This document shows positions 33,969 to 41,084 of a stretch of DNA of 43,197 nt, piece by piece (the first letter of the stretch is position 1; every line of letters starts with the position of its first letter). Source of the DNA: a virus; the IMG/VR virus record IMGVR_UViG_3300029360_000019, one strand, 5' to 3'. Below the pieces are notes generated by a model, which was not told where the DNA came from, ran no database searches, and saw only the letters and a list, made by a program, of their open reading frames with translations. Position numbers and translations under genes: made by a program.

Positions 33969-33998
33969 GCCTTTTCCTCCTCTCCGCAATCAACAAAA

Positions 33999-34038
33999 GC
34001 TAAGTTTTTCTTGACAACTTAGCAAACTGTGGTATTAT
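33999..34038 (+). promoter_or_regulatory. Extended -10 promoter for the CI-like gene, bracketed by an inverted repeat
   Basis: TTGACA (34011-16), 16 nt, TGgTATTAT (34030-38). GCTAAGT (33999-34005) and ACTTAGC (34017-23) flank the -35. Confidence 0.6.
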
Positions 34039-34203
34039 GGAAGTGCCAACAACCCTTAATATTTTCCGCAGTCCGCTAAGTGCAGGGGGCTTGGTTTTGT
34101 ATTGTCCTCTGCAAGTTTAAGTATACCTAAGTATTTCCTAAATGTCAATAAAAACTTAGAGTTGTTAAGGGTTAAATATTGCTAAATTTTAATGGTACTT
34201 TTT

Positions 34204-34572
34204 ATGCAAATTGACACTTCATCCGTTTTGCGGCGAATTGAAATTCGTCTGGCAGAAATAGAGATGCCGAAACAAGTCTTTTATGAAAAAAGCGGGATTT
34301 CTTCCGGTTCTTATTCACAATGGAACACGGGAATGCATAGTCCCAGCCTTAAAAAGCTGCAAAAAGCGGCTTTAGTGCTTGGCGTTCCCGTGGAATATCT
34401 CCTTTACGGCGATGCCCCCGCAGCTTCGCAGGGCACAAAAAAAGCCCCCGATCCGGAGATCGAGGGCGGGAGCCAAGCAAAAAAGGCTTTGATGGATGCT
34501 CTTAATGATTTGACGGACGAGCAGTGCGAAAAGCTGCTGCCGATTGTTTTAAGCGCAAAAAGACTACTGTAA
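34204..34572 (+). CDS. CI-like XRE-family repressor
   Basis: KQVFYEKSGISSGSYSQWNTG HTH. Divergent from the Cro-like gene. The start (34192 or 34204) is uncertain and no clear RBS is present. Confidence 0.7.
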   Translation: MQIDTSSVLRRIEIRLAEIEMPKQVFYEKSGISSGSYSQWNTGMHSPSLKKLQKAALVLGVPVEYLLYGDAPAASQGTKKAPDPEIEGGSQAKKALMDALNDLTDEQCEKLLPIVLSAKRLL

Positions 34573-34581
34573 AAAGGGAAT

Positions 34582-34779
34582 TTGTATATGCCAGACTTAA
34601 AATTTGAAATGCCAGAAATTGCCAAGGGTACGGTTATACCGCACGGCGTACAGGAATATATTAATCTTCAAAACGAAAAGGAAACTGCCGACAAAAGGGC
34701 GCGTTTATACTTTTGGGGCGGAATCATATCCAGCGTTCTTTGCATGATCGGCGGGTATTTGCTTGGGAAATTTTGCTAA
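34582..34779 (+). CDS. Small protein with C-terminal transmembrane helix
   Basis: 65 codons, 9 nt after the repressor stop. LYFWGGIISSVLCMIGGYLLG. Confidence 0.5.
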   Translation: MYMPDLKFEMPEIAKGTVIPHGVQEYINLQNEKETADKRARLYFWGGIISSVLCMIGGYLLGKFC

Positions 34780-34902
34780 CTCGCAATAGAGCTTCGTTTC
34801 CAATGCAGACACCTTTTTGAGCAAAGTCCAAATCCACGCCCATTGCATCACTGTGCCTGCAAAGGCAAAGAAAACTAACCCATATAATACGGCGTTACTC
34901 AT
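34705..34902 (-). CDS. Small protein with N-terminal transmembrane helix
   Basis: ATG 34902 behind GGAGGAAAT. AVLYGLVFFAFAGTVMQWAWIW. Its 3-prime 75 nt overlap the convergent 34582..34779. Confidence 0.4.
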   Translation of the reverse strand: MSNAVLYGLVFFAFAGTVMQWAWIWTLLKKVSALETKLYCELAKFPKQIPADHAKNAGYDSAPKV

Positions 34903-34927
34903 AATATTTCCTCCAAATATTTCCCGG

Positions 34928-35236
34928 CTACTTATATTGCCATTGAATGTGTAGTGCTTCCCTGATGGCTTCTGCCTTTTCTGGGGTAATGTCTGTTTGC
35001 TCGTAGTCCTTGCAGGGATTATCTTTTCCGCAGCCGAGGACATACCACCCGCCCCGTCTAGTGTAACGCACCACAACATGCTTGCATCCGGCGCAGGCCA
35101 CACTTTTGCACTGGGGCAGTGCCGCATTGTTAATGATTGCGGAGCGGAGTGTATCTTCTCTCGCTTCCGCAAGCTGCTCTTTGAGTTTGCGGTTTTCTTC
35201 CCGCAGATCATTTAATTCTTTTCGTGCAGTAAACAT
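34928..35236 (-). CDS. Hypothetical coiled-coil / Cys-containing protein
   Basis: 102 codons behind AAGGAGGT. An extended -10 TGaTATAAT (35317-35309) lies upstream. Confidence 0.55.
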   Translation of the reverse strand: MFTARKELNDLREENRKLKEQLAEAREDTLRSAIINNAALPQCKSVACAGCKHVVVRYTRRGGWYVLGCGKDNPCKDYEQTDITPEKAEAIREALHIQWQYK

Positions 35237-35484
35237 TGTAACCTCCTTAGCACATATTCCGCCTGTGTATCGGTAAGCGTGAGGATTTCTTCTTTGAGCC
35301 TTTCCCTTATTATATCACATTTATTTTTCGTTTTATAGCTTACAATTTCCATCTTTATACTTTTCTGCTTACAATCCACATTATTTCTCCTTTCGGTTTA
35401 TCTACCTATAGTCAAAATATGGCGTTTGTTGCACAGTTTAGGGCAACAATACAAAAAATTTTTTAAGAAGGAGCATAATTAGAA

Positions 35485-35646
35485 ATGGCTAAAAAATCTT
35501 CCTTTAAAATACCAGGGCTTTCCTTTAGCTGGAAACGTGCGCTTGGAATTACCAGCGCAAAACGCAAGATTGCAAAAGCAACGGGAATTCCTACAACAAA
35601 GGCGGGGCGGCAAAGAAAAGTCGGCAAGCTATTGGGGATTAAGTGA
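35485..35646 (+). CDS. Small highly basic protein (53 aa)
   Basis: AAGGAG RBS, MAKKSSFKIPGLSFSWKRALGITSAKRKIAKATGIPTTKAGRQRKVGKLLGIK, followed by its own terminator. Confidence 0.55.
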   Translation: MAKKSSFKIPGLSFSWKRALGITSAKRKIAKATGIPTTKAGRQRKVGKLLGIK

Positions 35647-35672
35647 AATCCACAGAAGATTATTTCATATAG

Positions 35673-35709
35673 TCCCCACCGCCCCCGCACCGGACGGTGG
35701 GGATTTTTT
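35673..35709 (+). terminator. Intrinsic terminator
   Basis: TCCCCACCG / CGGTGGGGA stem followed by TTTTTT. Confidence 0.75.
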
Positions 35710-35857
35710 GCCGCCTATCGCCGTCACTGGCTCTTGGCCGCATACCCACAGTATCAGTTTGTTGTTTGGCAAGTCAATCCAAAAACCGGATAATATACGA
35801 TTAAGCAGATAAAAACAAACGGAGAGGTTTGCCCGAAATAAGGCAGGAGGGGAAGAA

Positions 35858-36457
35858 ATGGAAAAAACTTTGCAGGATATTTGCAGAGATGCAAAAGAGG
35901 ACCAGCATCTTACCACGCAAGACTTAGCCGATTTAACAGATCTGTCATCGTCCACGATCAGCAATTACTTTTCTGCGTCGTCAAAGGATCCAAGCCTATA
36001 CAAAATGGGGATTATATGCGCCGCCCTCGGTGTGTCTATAGATGAGTATTTTGGTATCGTAAAGAGACCAACCACGGAGGAGCAGCTGGCAGAGGCACAC
36101 AGAGCAATGGCCGATGCAGATGCAAAGCATAGCGCAGCCCTACGCATTGCGCACTTAGAGGGCGGCATGGAGCAACTGACCGGATCAGTGGCAAAGCATG
36201 AAAAAAAGGAGCGAGTATTGCAAATTTGGGTGTATATCCTGGCACTTTCGCTGTCGATTTCCGTATCCATAATATTTGGATATTTGGCGTTTGACTCAAG
36301 CGTCCCGCAAACAGGGCTTATCCGCAACGGGAAGATTACATCACTCGGCTGGATGCTATTTGCGCTACTTGCGGTGGGCGTCGGTGTAATCATTGCTTCG
36401 CTGATTAATGCGCTGCGATATTACAGGCACCATCAAACTGATAAAAATATAGGGTAG
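35858..36457 (+). CDS. Membrane-tethered XRE-type HTH protein
   Basis: N-terminal LTTQDLADLTDLSSSTISNYFS HTH, a coiled-coil middle and two C-terminal hydrophobic helices. Stop is 10 nt before the integrase start. Confidence 0.7.
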   Translation: MEKTLQDICRDAKEDQHLTTQDLADLTDLSSSTISNYFSASSKDPSLYKMGIICAALGVSIDEYFGIVKRPTTEEQLAEAHRAMADADAKHSAALRIAHLEGGMEQLTGSVAKHEKKERVLQIWVYILALSLSISVSIIFGYLAFDSSVPQTGLIRNGKITSLGWMLFALLAVGVGVIIASLINALRYYRHHQTDKNIG

Positions 36458-36467
36458 GAGGATAAAA

Positions 36468-37469
36468 ATGGGAAAAGCAATGAGGAGGGCCAACGGAACC
36501 GGGACAGTGTATAAGCTCGCCGGGCGCCGACGCAGGCCCTGGGTGGCTGCAAAGCAAAAAATCATTATAGGATATTACCCCACCAAAAAAGATGCTATAG
36601 CGGCGCTGGAACGTCTTGCAGGCAAGGATTTAACGGAGCGGTACAACATGACCTTTGCCCAGGTGTTTGACGCTTGGAAAGAGGAGCATTACAAAAAAAT
36701 AGGGCCAAACGGTATAGAAGGCTATGACGGCGCATTTAAAATTTTTGCGCCGCTGCACGACCGGAAGTTCCGGGACTTAAAAACGGCGGATTTCCAGGGC
36801 GTACTGGATGCCCATATGCATAAATCCCATAGCACTGTGTCCAAGTATAAGCAACTCATAACGCAGATGTCCACATGGGCCATGCGCGAGGAGATCATCA
36901 CAACAAATTTTGCAAAATTCGTCCAGCTCCCCGAAAACACAAAAAAAGAAAAAGAAACATTTACCGATGCTGAAATAAGCAAGCTGGAAGCGGACGGCAG
37001 CGACACCGCAAAAATTATCCTCATGCTGATTTACACAGGAATGCGCATAGGGGAATTGTTTTCCCTACCGGCTAAAGATTATCACAAAGATTATGTGGTC
37101 GGCGGTGAAAAGACGGAGGCTGGGCGAAACAGGATCATCCCAATCCGCCCCGAAGGGATCCCATACTTTGCCTATTTTGCAAATAAGGCTACCGGCCCAC
37201 TGCTCATATCCGGCTATGCTGGGGAAAAAATCCCAGCAAACTTCCGCCGCCGGGATTATTACCCGCTTTTGGAAAAATTAAAAATCCAGCGCAAAACGCC
37301 GCACTCCACCCGGCACACCTATGCAAGCTGGGCGAGAAAAGCGGGGATTGCTCCGGAGACGCTACAGAGGATCCTCGGCCACGCCAACTACTCCACTACC
37401 GCAAATATATACGTCCATACGTCAGCGGAGGAATTGGTGCAGGCCGTTAAAAAGGCGAAAATTTGTTAG
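36468..37469 (+). CDS. int: Tyrosine integrase
   Basis: RIGELFSL, HSTRHTYAS and LGHANYSTTANIYVH give the R..HxxR..Y catalytic pattern. Adjacent to the tRNA fragment. Confidence 0.9.
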   Translation: MGKAMRRANGTGTVYKLAGRRRRPWVAAKQKIIIGYYPTKKDAIAALERLAGKDLTERYNMTFAQVFDAWKEEHYKKIGPNGIEGYDGAFKIFAPLHDRKFRDLKTADFQGVLDAHMHKSHSTVSKYKQLITQMSTWAMREEIITTNFAKFVQLPENTKKEKETFTDAEISKLEADGSDTAKIILMLIYTGMRIGELFSLPAKDYHKDYVVGGEKTEAGRNRIIPIRPEGIPYFAYFANKATGPLLISGYAGEKIPANFRRRDYYPLLEKLKIQRKTPHSTRHTYASWARKAGIAPETLQRILGHANYSTTANIYVHTSAEELVQAVKKAKIC

Positions 37470-37597
37470 TAGTTTGTTAGTTACCTACGGGAGCCAAGGC
37501 AAGCCCGTGCAAAATTGTTCTGCGAAAAGTTGCAAAATCGCAACAAATGTTGTTATTTTTATTAACTTTTGTGCTTATATATTCAAAACGATTATAA

Positions 37598-37642
37598 TTC
37601 ACACGCAGGAGGTCACTGGTTCGAGTCCAGCAGTCTCCACCA
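37598..37642 (+). tRNA. 3-prime half of a tRNA (anticodon loop reading CAC, Val-like) through CCA; not a complete gene
   Basis: TTCACAC / GCAGG / AGGTC / ACTGG-TTCGAGT-CCAGC / AGTCTCC-A-CCA fits anticodon loop to acceptor end. No matching 5-prime half upstream. Confidence 0.55.
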
Positions 37643-37646
37643 AAAA

Positions 37647-37686
37647 AGTCCAGGAATTTCAAGGGTTCCCGGACTTTTTTATTTTT
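37647..37686. terminator. Bidirectional hairpin terminator (tRNA-type terminator; also ends the cargo operon)
   Basis: AGTCCAGGAA / TTCCCGGACT stem, flanked by an A run and a T run. Confidence 0.65.
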
Positions 37687-37727
37687 GCCAAGATTAACTT
37701 TGTTAGTAACGTGTTAGTAGTAGCGAT

Positions 37728-38051
37728 TTAGGTTAGTTTTTTTAGGACGCTGTTATAAGCTTTCTCATTGACGATTTTTAGTGTGTCCATAAGCTCGTCC
37801 ATAACTTCCCACGCCCTATCCTGCGCTACATTCCCAACCGCTTTCAAAAATTCACTGCCGGATGGTTTTATTTTCTTGGCCGGCGCAGGCTCTGCAGAAT
37901 ACAGCATTGGGGGCGTTTTCGCCTGCAGTTGCCCCCCGCCGTGTTCGTTACGGATAATGTAGAGCGCCGCCAGTTTCTCATAGTTTGTCCAGCTCGATTC
38001 TTCTGTTTCAAGGCGAGCTATCCAGCGCTTGACCTCATTCTCGTCGACCAT
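37728..38051 (-). CDS. Cargo operon gene 8, hypothetical
   Basis: AAGGGGG RBS. 107 codons. C-terminal SEFLKAVGNVAQDRAWEVMDELMDTLKIVN helical motif. Confidence 0.6.
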   Translation of the reverse strand: MVDENEVKRWIARLETEESSWTNYEKLAALYIIRNEHGGGQLQAKTPPMLYSAEPAPAKKIKPSGSEFLKAVGNVAQDRAWEVMDELMDTLKIVNEKAYNSVLKKLT

Positions 38052-38066
38052 AGGGGTGCACCCCCT

Positions 38067-38474
38067 TTAGTCCTCGATCGTGTCCATGCAGCGCTGGATG
38101 GCTCTGCGGATGCTTTCGTCGTCGGCGTTGTCCAGCATTTCCTGCAACTGGCGTTTCATGTTGTCGATGCCACCATCACGGGAATAGTGGCCGCGCACAT
38201 AATGCGTGCCGCGTCTCGCATTGGACATATCGCGGTCATAAGCGCCGCGCATGCCCGACTGCCAGTCTCCGTCGCGGGAATAGCGGCGAGAATAGTCTTC
38301 ATCGCGGGAATAGCCGCCGTCTTCCATCATCTCGATCTTATCGATGTTCTTGATGGTTGCTGTCAGTTTGTGGGCAATTTCTAGGTCACCCGCACCCAAT
38401 TCGCCTTTTCGGGCCAGTTCGTCCAGCTCCTTGCAGAGCATATCCCGCAGTTCATACATAGATTTCATACCCAT
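38067..38474 (-). CDS. Cargo operon gene 7, hypothetical with Arg/Asp/Tyr/Ser-rich centre
   Basis: AAAGGAGAA RBS. MYELRDMLCKELDELARKGEL... then YSRDEDYSRRYSRDGDW...HYVRGHYSRDGG. Confidence 0.6.
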   Translation of the reverse strand: MGMKSMYELRDMLCKELDELARKGELGAGDLEIAHKLTATIKNIDKIEMMEDGGYSRDEDYSRRYSRDGDWQSGMRGAYDRDMSNARRGTHYVRGHYSRDGGIDNMKRQLQEMLDNADDESIRRAIQRCMDTIED

Positions 38475-38488
38475 TGTGTTCTCCTTTC

Positions 38489-38911
38489 TCAGCTCACACG
38501 GTCGATGGTCAGGTTGCTATTGGCAAAGCTGACCGCCTCTGCGCTGGTGTTCTTTGCTGCCACGGTCACGCAGCAGCCGCGCGGCACTTCCACGATGGCG
38601 CTGACGTAGACGTTAAAATAGTTTTCCACCGCAGCCGGGGTGACGGTCGCCGTAGCTCCGTTGAGTGCTTCGCCGTTGACAGAAAGCGCCGTAGTGATCG
38701 CGCCTACCGTGCCGCCCGTGGGGACGGCGATGTTCGCGCCAAAGCTCACCTTAAAGCGCGCCTTGCACTGCTGCGTCAGCCCGCGCAGGGTGACGAGCCC
38801 GCTGCCCTCACGGTGGACGATGCAGGGCTTGCCGCAAGCCGCCGTGGAGACCATCGGAACATTCTGGCCTGCAGGGACGGTCACGATTCCGGGATTTACA
38901 TATTCAGCCAT
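38489..38911 (-). CDS. Cargo operon gene 6, C1q/TNF-like (BclA C-terminal-domain-like) jelly-roll candidate
   Basis: Start ATG 38911 behind GAAAGGA. All-beta style pattern FKVSFGANIAVPTGGTVGAITTALSVNGEALNG...VEVPRGCCVTVAAKNTS...NLTIDRVS. The fold call is an inference. Confidence 0.55.
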   Translation of the reverse strand: MAEYVNPGIVTVPAGQNVPMVSTAACGKPCIVHREGSGLVTLRGLTQQCKARFKVSFGANIAVPTGGTVGAITTALSVNGEALNGATATVTPAAVENYFNVYVSAIVEVPRGCCVTVAAKNTSAEAVSFANSNLTIDRVS

Positions 38912-38936
38912 AATTTCAGTCCTTTCATAAAATACA

Positions 38937-38960
38937 GCGGCAGGGCTATTGCCCCGCCGC
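38937..38960 (-). terminator. Internal hairpin (partial terminator/attenuator) between cargo genes 5 and 6
   Basis: 10-bp stem GCGGCGGGGC / GCCCUGCCGC on the minus strand (one G-U), then a U-rich UGUAUUUUAU. Confidence 0.45.
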
Positions 38961-39026
38961 TTTTGTTTAGTATCGGCACGGGGCCGACCATTTCCCAACA
39001 TAGGGAAAAGCTACGCTATGCAGTTG

Positions 39027-39734
39027 TCAGCAGCCACAACAGGCAAACTGGTTGCAGCAATAGGGGTTCTGCACCGTGTAGGCCGGAATGGGAGAAGGCC
39101 GGAGCTGAGACACCAGATAACTGTTCTGCGCCGCCTGGCTTGCCGCCAGCTTCAAGCCCTGGTTCTCGGCCTGGAGGTCAGAGAGCTTGCTCTGCGTCAG
39201 GAAGTCGAGGATTGCGCGGCTGTTGCTGTTAGCGTTGTCGATGATGTCGCGGGTCGCGTTCTGCACGGTGTTGCGCGTGTCGCACGCCTGCGCCGCCATG
39301 TCATAGCGCACCTGCGCGATAGCCGCGCGATTCTCGCAGCAGCAATTTGCGGCCTGCATCTGCATGGCGTTGAGCTGCTGCATCAGCGCCGCTTGCTGGT
39401 TGCTACGGGACAGCTCGGCCTGTGCAAAGCCGTTTGCCATCGCCATGTTGGTGCCGTTGACAAGCTGCGCCTGCTGGTAAAATCCGTCGCAAAGGCCCTG
39501 ATTTACGCTGTCGATCTTGCGCTCGACATTGGCAAAATCAGAGGTCAGCACGTAGCCGTCTACGACACCGCCGGAATTGCCAGCGTTGTTGCCCCAGCCG
39601 TTGCGGCCCCAGCCGAAGAGGAAAAGAACGATAATCCAGATCCAGTTTTCGCCCCACATACCCATGCCACCGCCGTAGCTGTTCGCGGGCGCGACCGGCA
39701 TAGTCATCATGGGAGCACCGTCGGAAAGAGACAT
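39027..39734 (-). CDS. Cargo operon gene 5, membrane-anchored coiled-coil protein with Cys-rich C-terminus
   Basis: Start ATG 39734 behind AAAGGGGAG. Hydrophobic WIWIIVLFLFGW, Q/N/A-rich helices, internal CCC and terminal YCCNQFACCGC. Confidence 0.65.
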   Translation of the reverse strand: MSLSDGAPMMTMPVAPANSYGGGMGMWGENWIWIIVLFLFGWGRNGWGNNAGNSGGVVDGYVLTSDFANVERKIDSVNQGLCDGFYQQAQLVNGTNMAMANGFAQAELSRSNQQAALMQQLNAMQMQAANCCCENRAAIAQVRYDMAAQACDTRNTVQNATRDIIDNANSNSRAILDFLTQSKLSDLQAENQGLKLAASQAAQNSYLVSQLRPSPIPAYTVQNPYCCNQFACCGC

Positions 39735-39785
39735 ATTATCTCCCCTTTCATAAATTTTATTTATCAAATCGTGGCCACGATAAGA

Positions 39786-39992
39786 TCAATGGAATAAATG
39801 CTCGAACTGTTTTGCCATAGATTGAAGTTGGTTTAACTCTTGCTGGCTCATAGCCCCAGATTGCAAAAGCTTGTCGACCTCCGCTTTTGGGTTACCCTGA
39901 AAATTCGCCCTAAACTGTTGGAACTGCTGCAACATCTGCATAAAGCCGTTGCCGCCGCCGAGCGCTCCGAAAAAGGGATTATTCATCGTCAT
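39786..39992 (-). CDS. Cargo operon gene 4, small Q-rich protein
   Basis: 68 codons overlapping the end of gene 3. FMQMLQQFQQFRANFQGNP. Confidence 0.55.
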   Translation of the reverse strand: MTMNNPFFGALGGGNGFMQMLQQFQQFRANFQGNPKAEVDKLLQSGAMSQQELNQLQSMAKQFEHLFH

Positions 39993-40416
39993 CGTCCTCC
40001 TTGCGCTTCTTCTTGCCCTTCAATTCGCCCACAAGCGCCGCCAGCGCGTCAAACTCCTTGCGGGTGACAAATTCCACGCCCGGCTTTTGCGGCGCGTTAG
40101 GGGCCGTTTCTGTGCGTTCTACGAGGTCATAAATCTTGAGCGTCGGTTTCCCGCTTGCGTCTGCCTGCTTGAGGTAAACGGTGGGGGCGGTGGAATCCCA
40201 CAGCGCTACGGCAGAGTTGGGCGCGATGAGATAACCTCTTGCCTCCTGTTCTCCGCTTACCCACTGTACGCCGCCTTGCGCGATGGGGTTCTGTTGCACT
40301 GGCTGCGACATAGGCTGCTGCATGGGCTGCATCTGTGGTTGCTGCATCTGCCGCATCTGCATGAGGTTGTCCGGCATCGGCTGTGGATAATAGGGGTTGA
40401 AATAGGGATATGCCAT
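39979..40416 (-). CDS. Cargo operon gene 3, protein with Q/P/M-rich N-terminus and Lys/Asp tail
   Basis: ATG 40416 has better spacing to GGAGGA than 40422. MAYPYFNPYYPQPMPDNLMQMRQMQQPQMQPMQQPM. Confidence 0.6.
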   Translation of the reverse strand: MAYPYFNPYYPQPMPDNLMQMRQMQQPQMQPMQQPMSQPVQQNPIAQGGVQWVSGEQEARGYLIAPNSAVALWDSTAPTVYLKQADASGKPTLKIYDLVERTETAPNAPQKPGVEFVTRKEFDALAALVGELKGKKKRKEDDDDE

Positions 40417-40418
40417 GT

Positions 40419-40802
40419 TCATTCCTCCGTTTCTTTGTCCCAGAAATAAAGCGGGATTTCGTTCTCGCTGTTCCAGCTGTCATAGATGATCCCGTCCTGA
40501 ACGCACACTACATGCCCAGAGAGGGCGAGAATATATGTCCCGCGCGGGTGCTCATCGGCAAACCTGCCGACCGTGTAACAGTCCGGGCAAGTGTCCGGTA
40601 TGATGTATCTCCGGTAGCCTAAGGACCGCAGATATGCGCCCCAACAGGCGTTTGCATTGGGCAAATCGCCGTCCAAGTAGCCACGCATGCACAGCCGGAG
40701 ATAAACCTCGCCCCAATCCTTTCCCGTGGACTTACAGATCGCACGGACAGTGCAATCGGACACGTTTTTCCCGCAGGGATTTGGATTAAAATATTTATAC
40801 AT
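40419..40802 (-). CDS. Cargo operon gene 2, papain-like cysteine peptidase fold candidate
   Basis: Start ATG 40802. Ordered DCTVRAI (Cys), LSGHVVCV (His), YDSWNS (Asp/Asn). The catalytic assignment is an inference. Confidence 0.55.
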   Translation of the reverse strand: MYKYFNPNPCGKNVSDCTVRAICKSTGKDWGEVYLRLCMRGYLDGDLPNANACWGAYLRSLGYRRYIIPDTCPDCYTVGRFADEHPRGTYILALSGHVVCVQDGIIYDSWNSENEIPLYFWDKETEE

Positions 40803-40935
40803 GATTGCAACCCCTATATAGGCTTTCAGCAATTTCCACATACGCTAAAAGTCCCTGGGGATCGTCTGCGTACAGAATGCAAATATCCTGCGCCATTTGC
40901 GCGGTAAACCCGCATTTGATTAAGCGCTCGTACAT
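40795..40935 (-). CDS. Cargo operon gene 1, small protein (46 aa)
   Basis: AAGGAGG RBS 7 nt before ATG 40935. Its end overlaps the gene 2 start by 8 nt. Translated by hand. Confidence 0.45.
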   Translation of the reverse strand: MYERLIKCGFTAQMAQDICILYADDPQGLLAYVEIAESLYRGCNHV

Positions 40936-41040
40936 ATTCCCGCCTCCTTGCCTCTATAATAAAAGAAATCCGGGCAAATAAACTGCCCGGATTCTGCCTT
41001 GATTCTGCAATAATGTAGTTACAGTGTACACCAATTGTGT

Positions 41041-41084
41041 GCAAAAACGAAAAATAGCCGCACCCAAAAAGGGCGCGGCTACTT
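41041..41084 (-). terminator. Intrinsic terminator after the lysis-region genes
   Basis: Minus strand UAGCCGCGCCC / GGGUGCGGCUA followed by UUUUUCGUUUUU. Confidence 0.7.

Larger units (their letters stand above)
37462..37738 (+). mobile_element. attP region: arm-type direct repeats flanking a tRNA-derived core
   Basis: TTTGTTAGTA/TTTGTTAGTT at 37462-37482 and TTTGTTAGTA, GTGTTAGTA, GGTTAGTT at 37699-37738, all in the same orientation. Core at 37598-37642. Confidence 0.6.

Noticed and set aside
33630-33989. 119-codon minus-strand ORF filling the immunity intergenic region
   Set aside because: It has a TTG start without an RBS, runs through a terminator and both promoters, and has a low-complexity N-terminus. 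The interval is better explained as a non-coding regulatory region.
37567-37642. Possibility of a complete tRNA gene next to the integrase
   Set aside because: Only the anticodon loop through CCA is tRNA-like. The 5-prime acceptor strand (GGAGACT), D arm and anticodon-stem 5-prime strand are absent upstream (A/T-rich unrelated sequence). It is therefore called an attP core fragment.
37321-37731. ORFs 37321..37731 (+) and 37477..37662 (-) across attP
   Set aside because: They run through the integrase 3-prime end, the tRNA fragment and the terminator hairpin, and have no RBS. They are non-coding att region.
40795-40935. Idea that the 46-aa protein plus the peptidase-like gene form an agr-type peptide-signal pair
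   Set aside because: The small protein has no AgrD-like amphipathic leader/Cys-core/acidic-tail layout, and the peptidase candidate has no transmembrane segments like AgrB. The idea is dropped.
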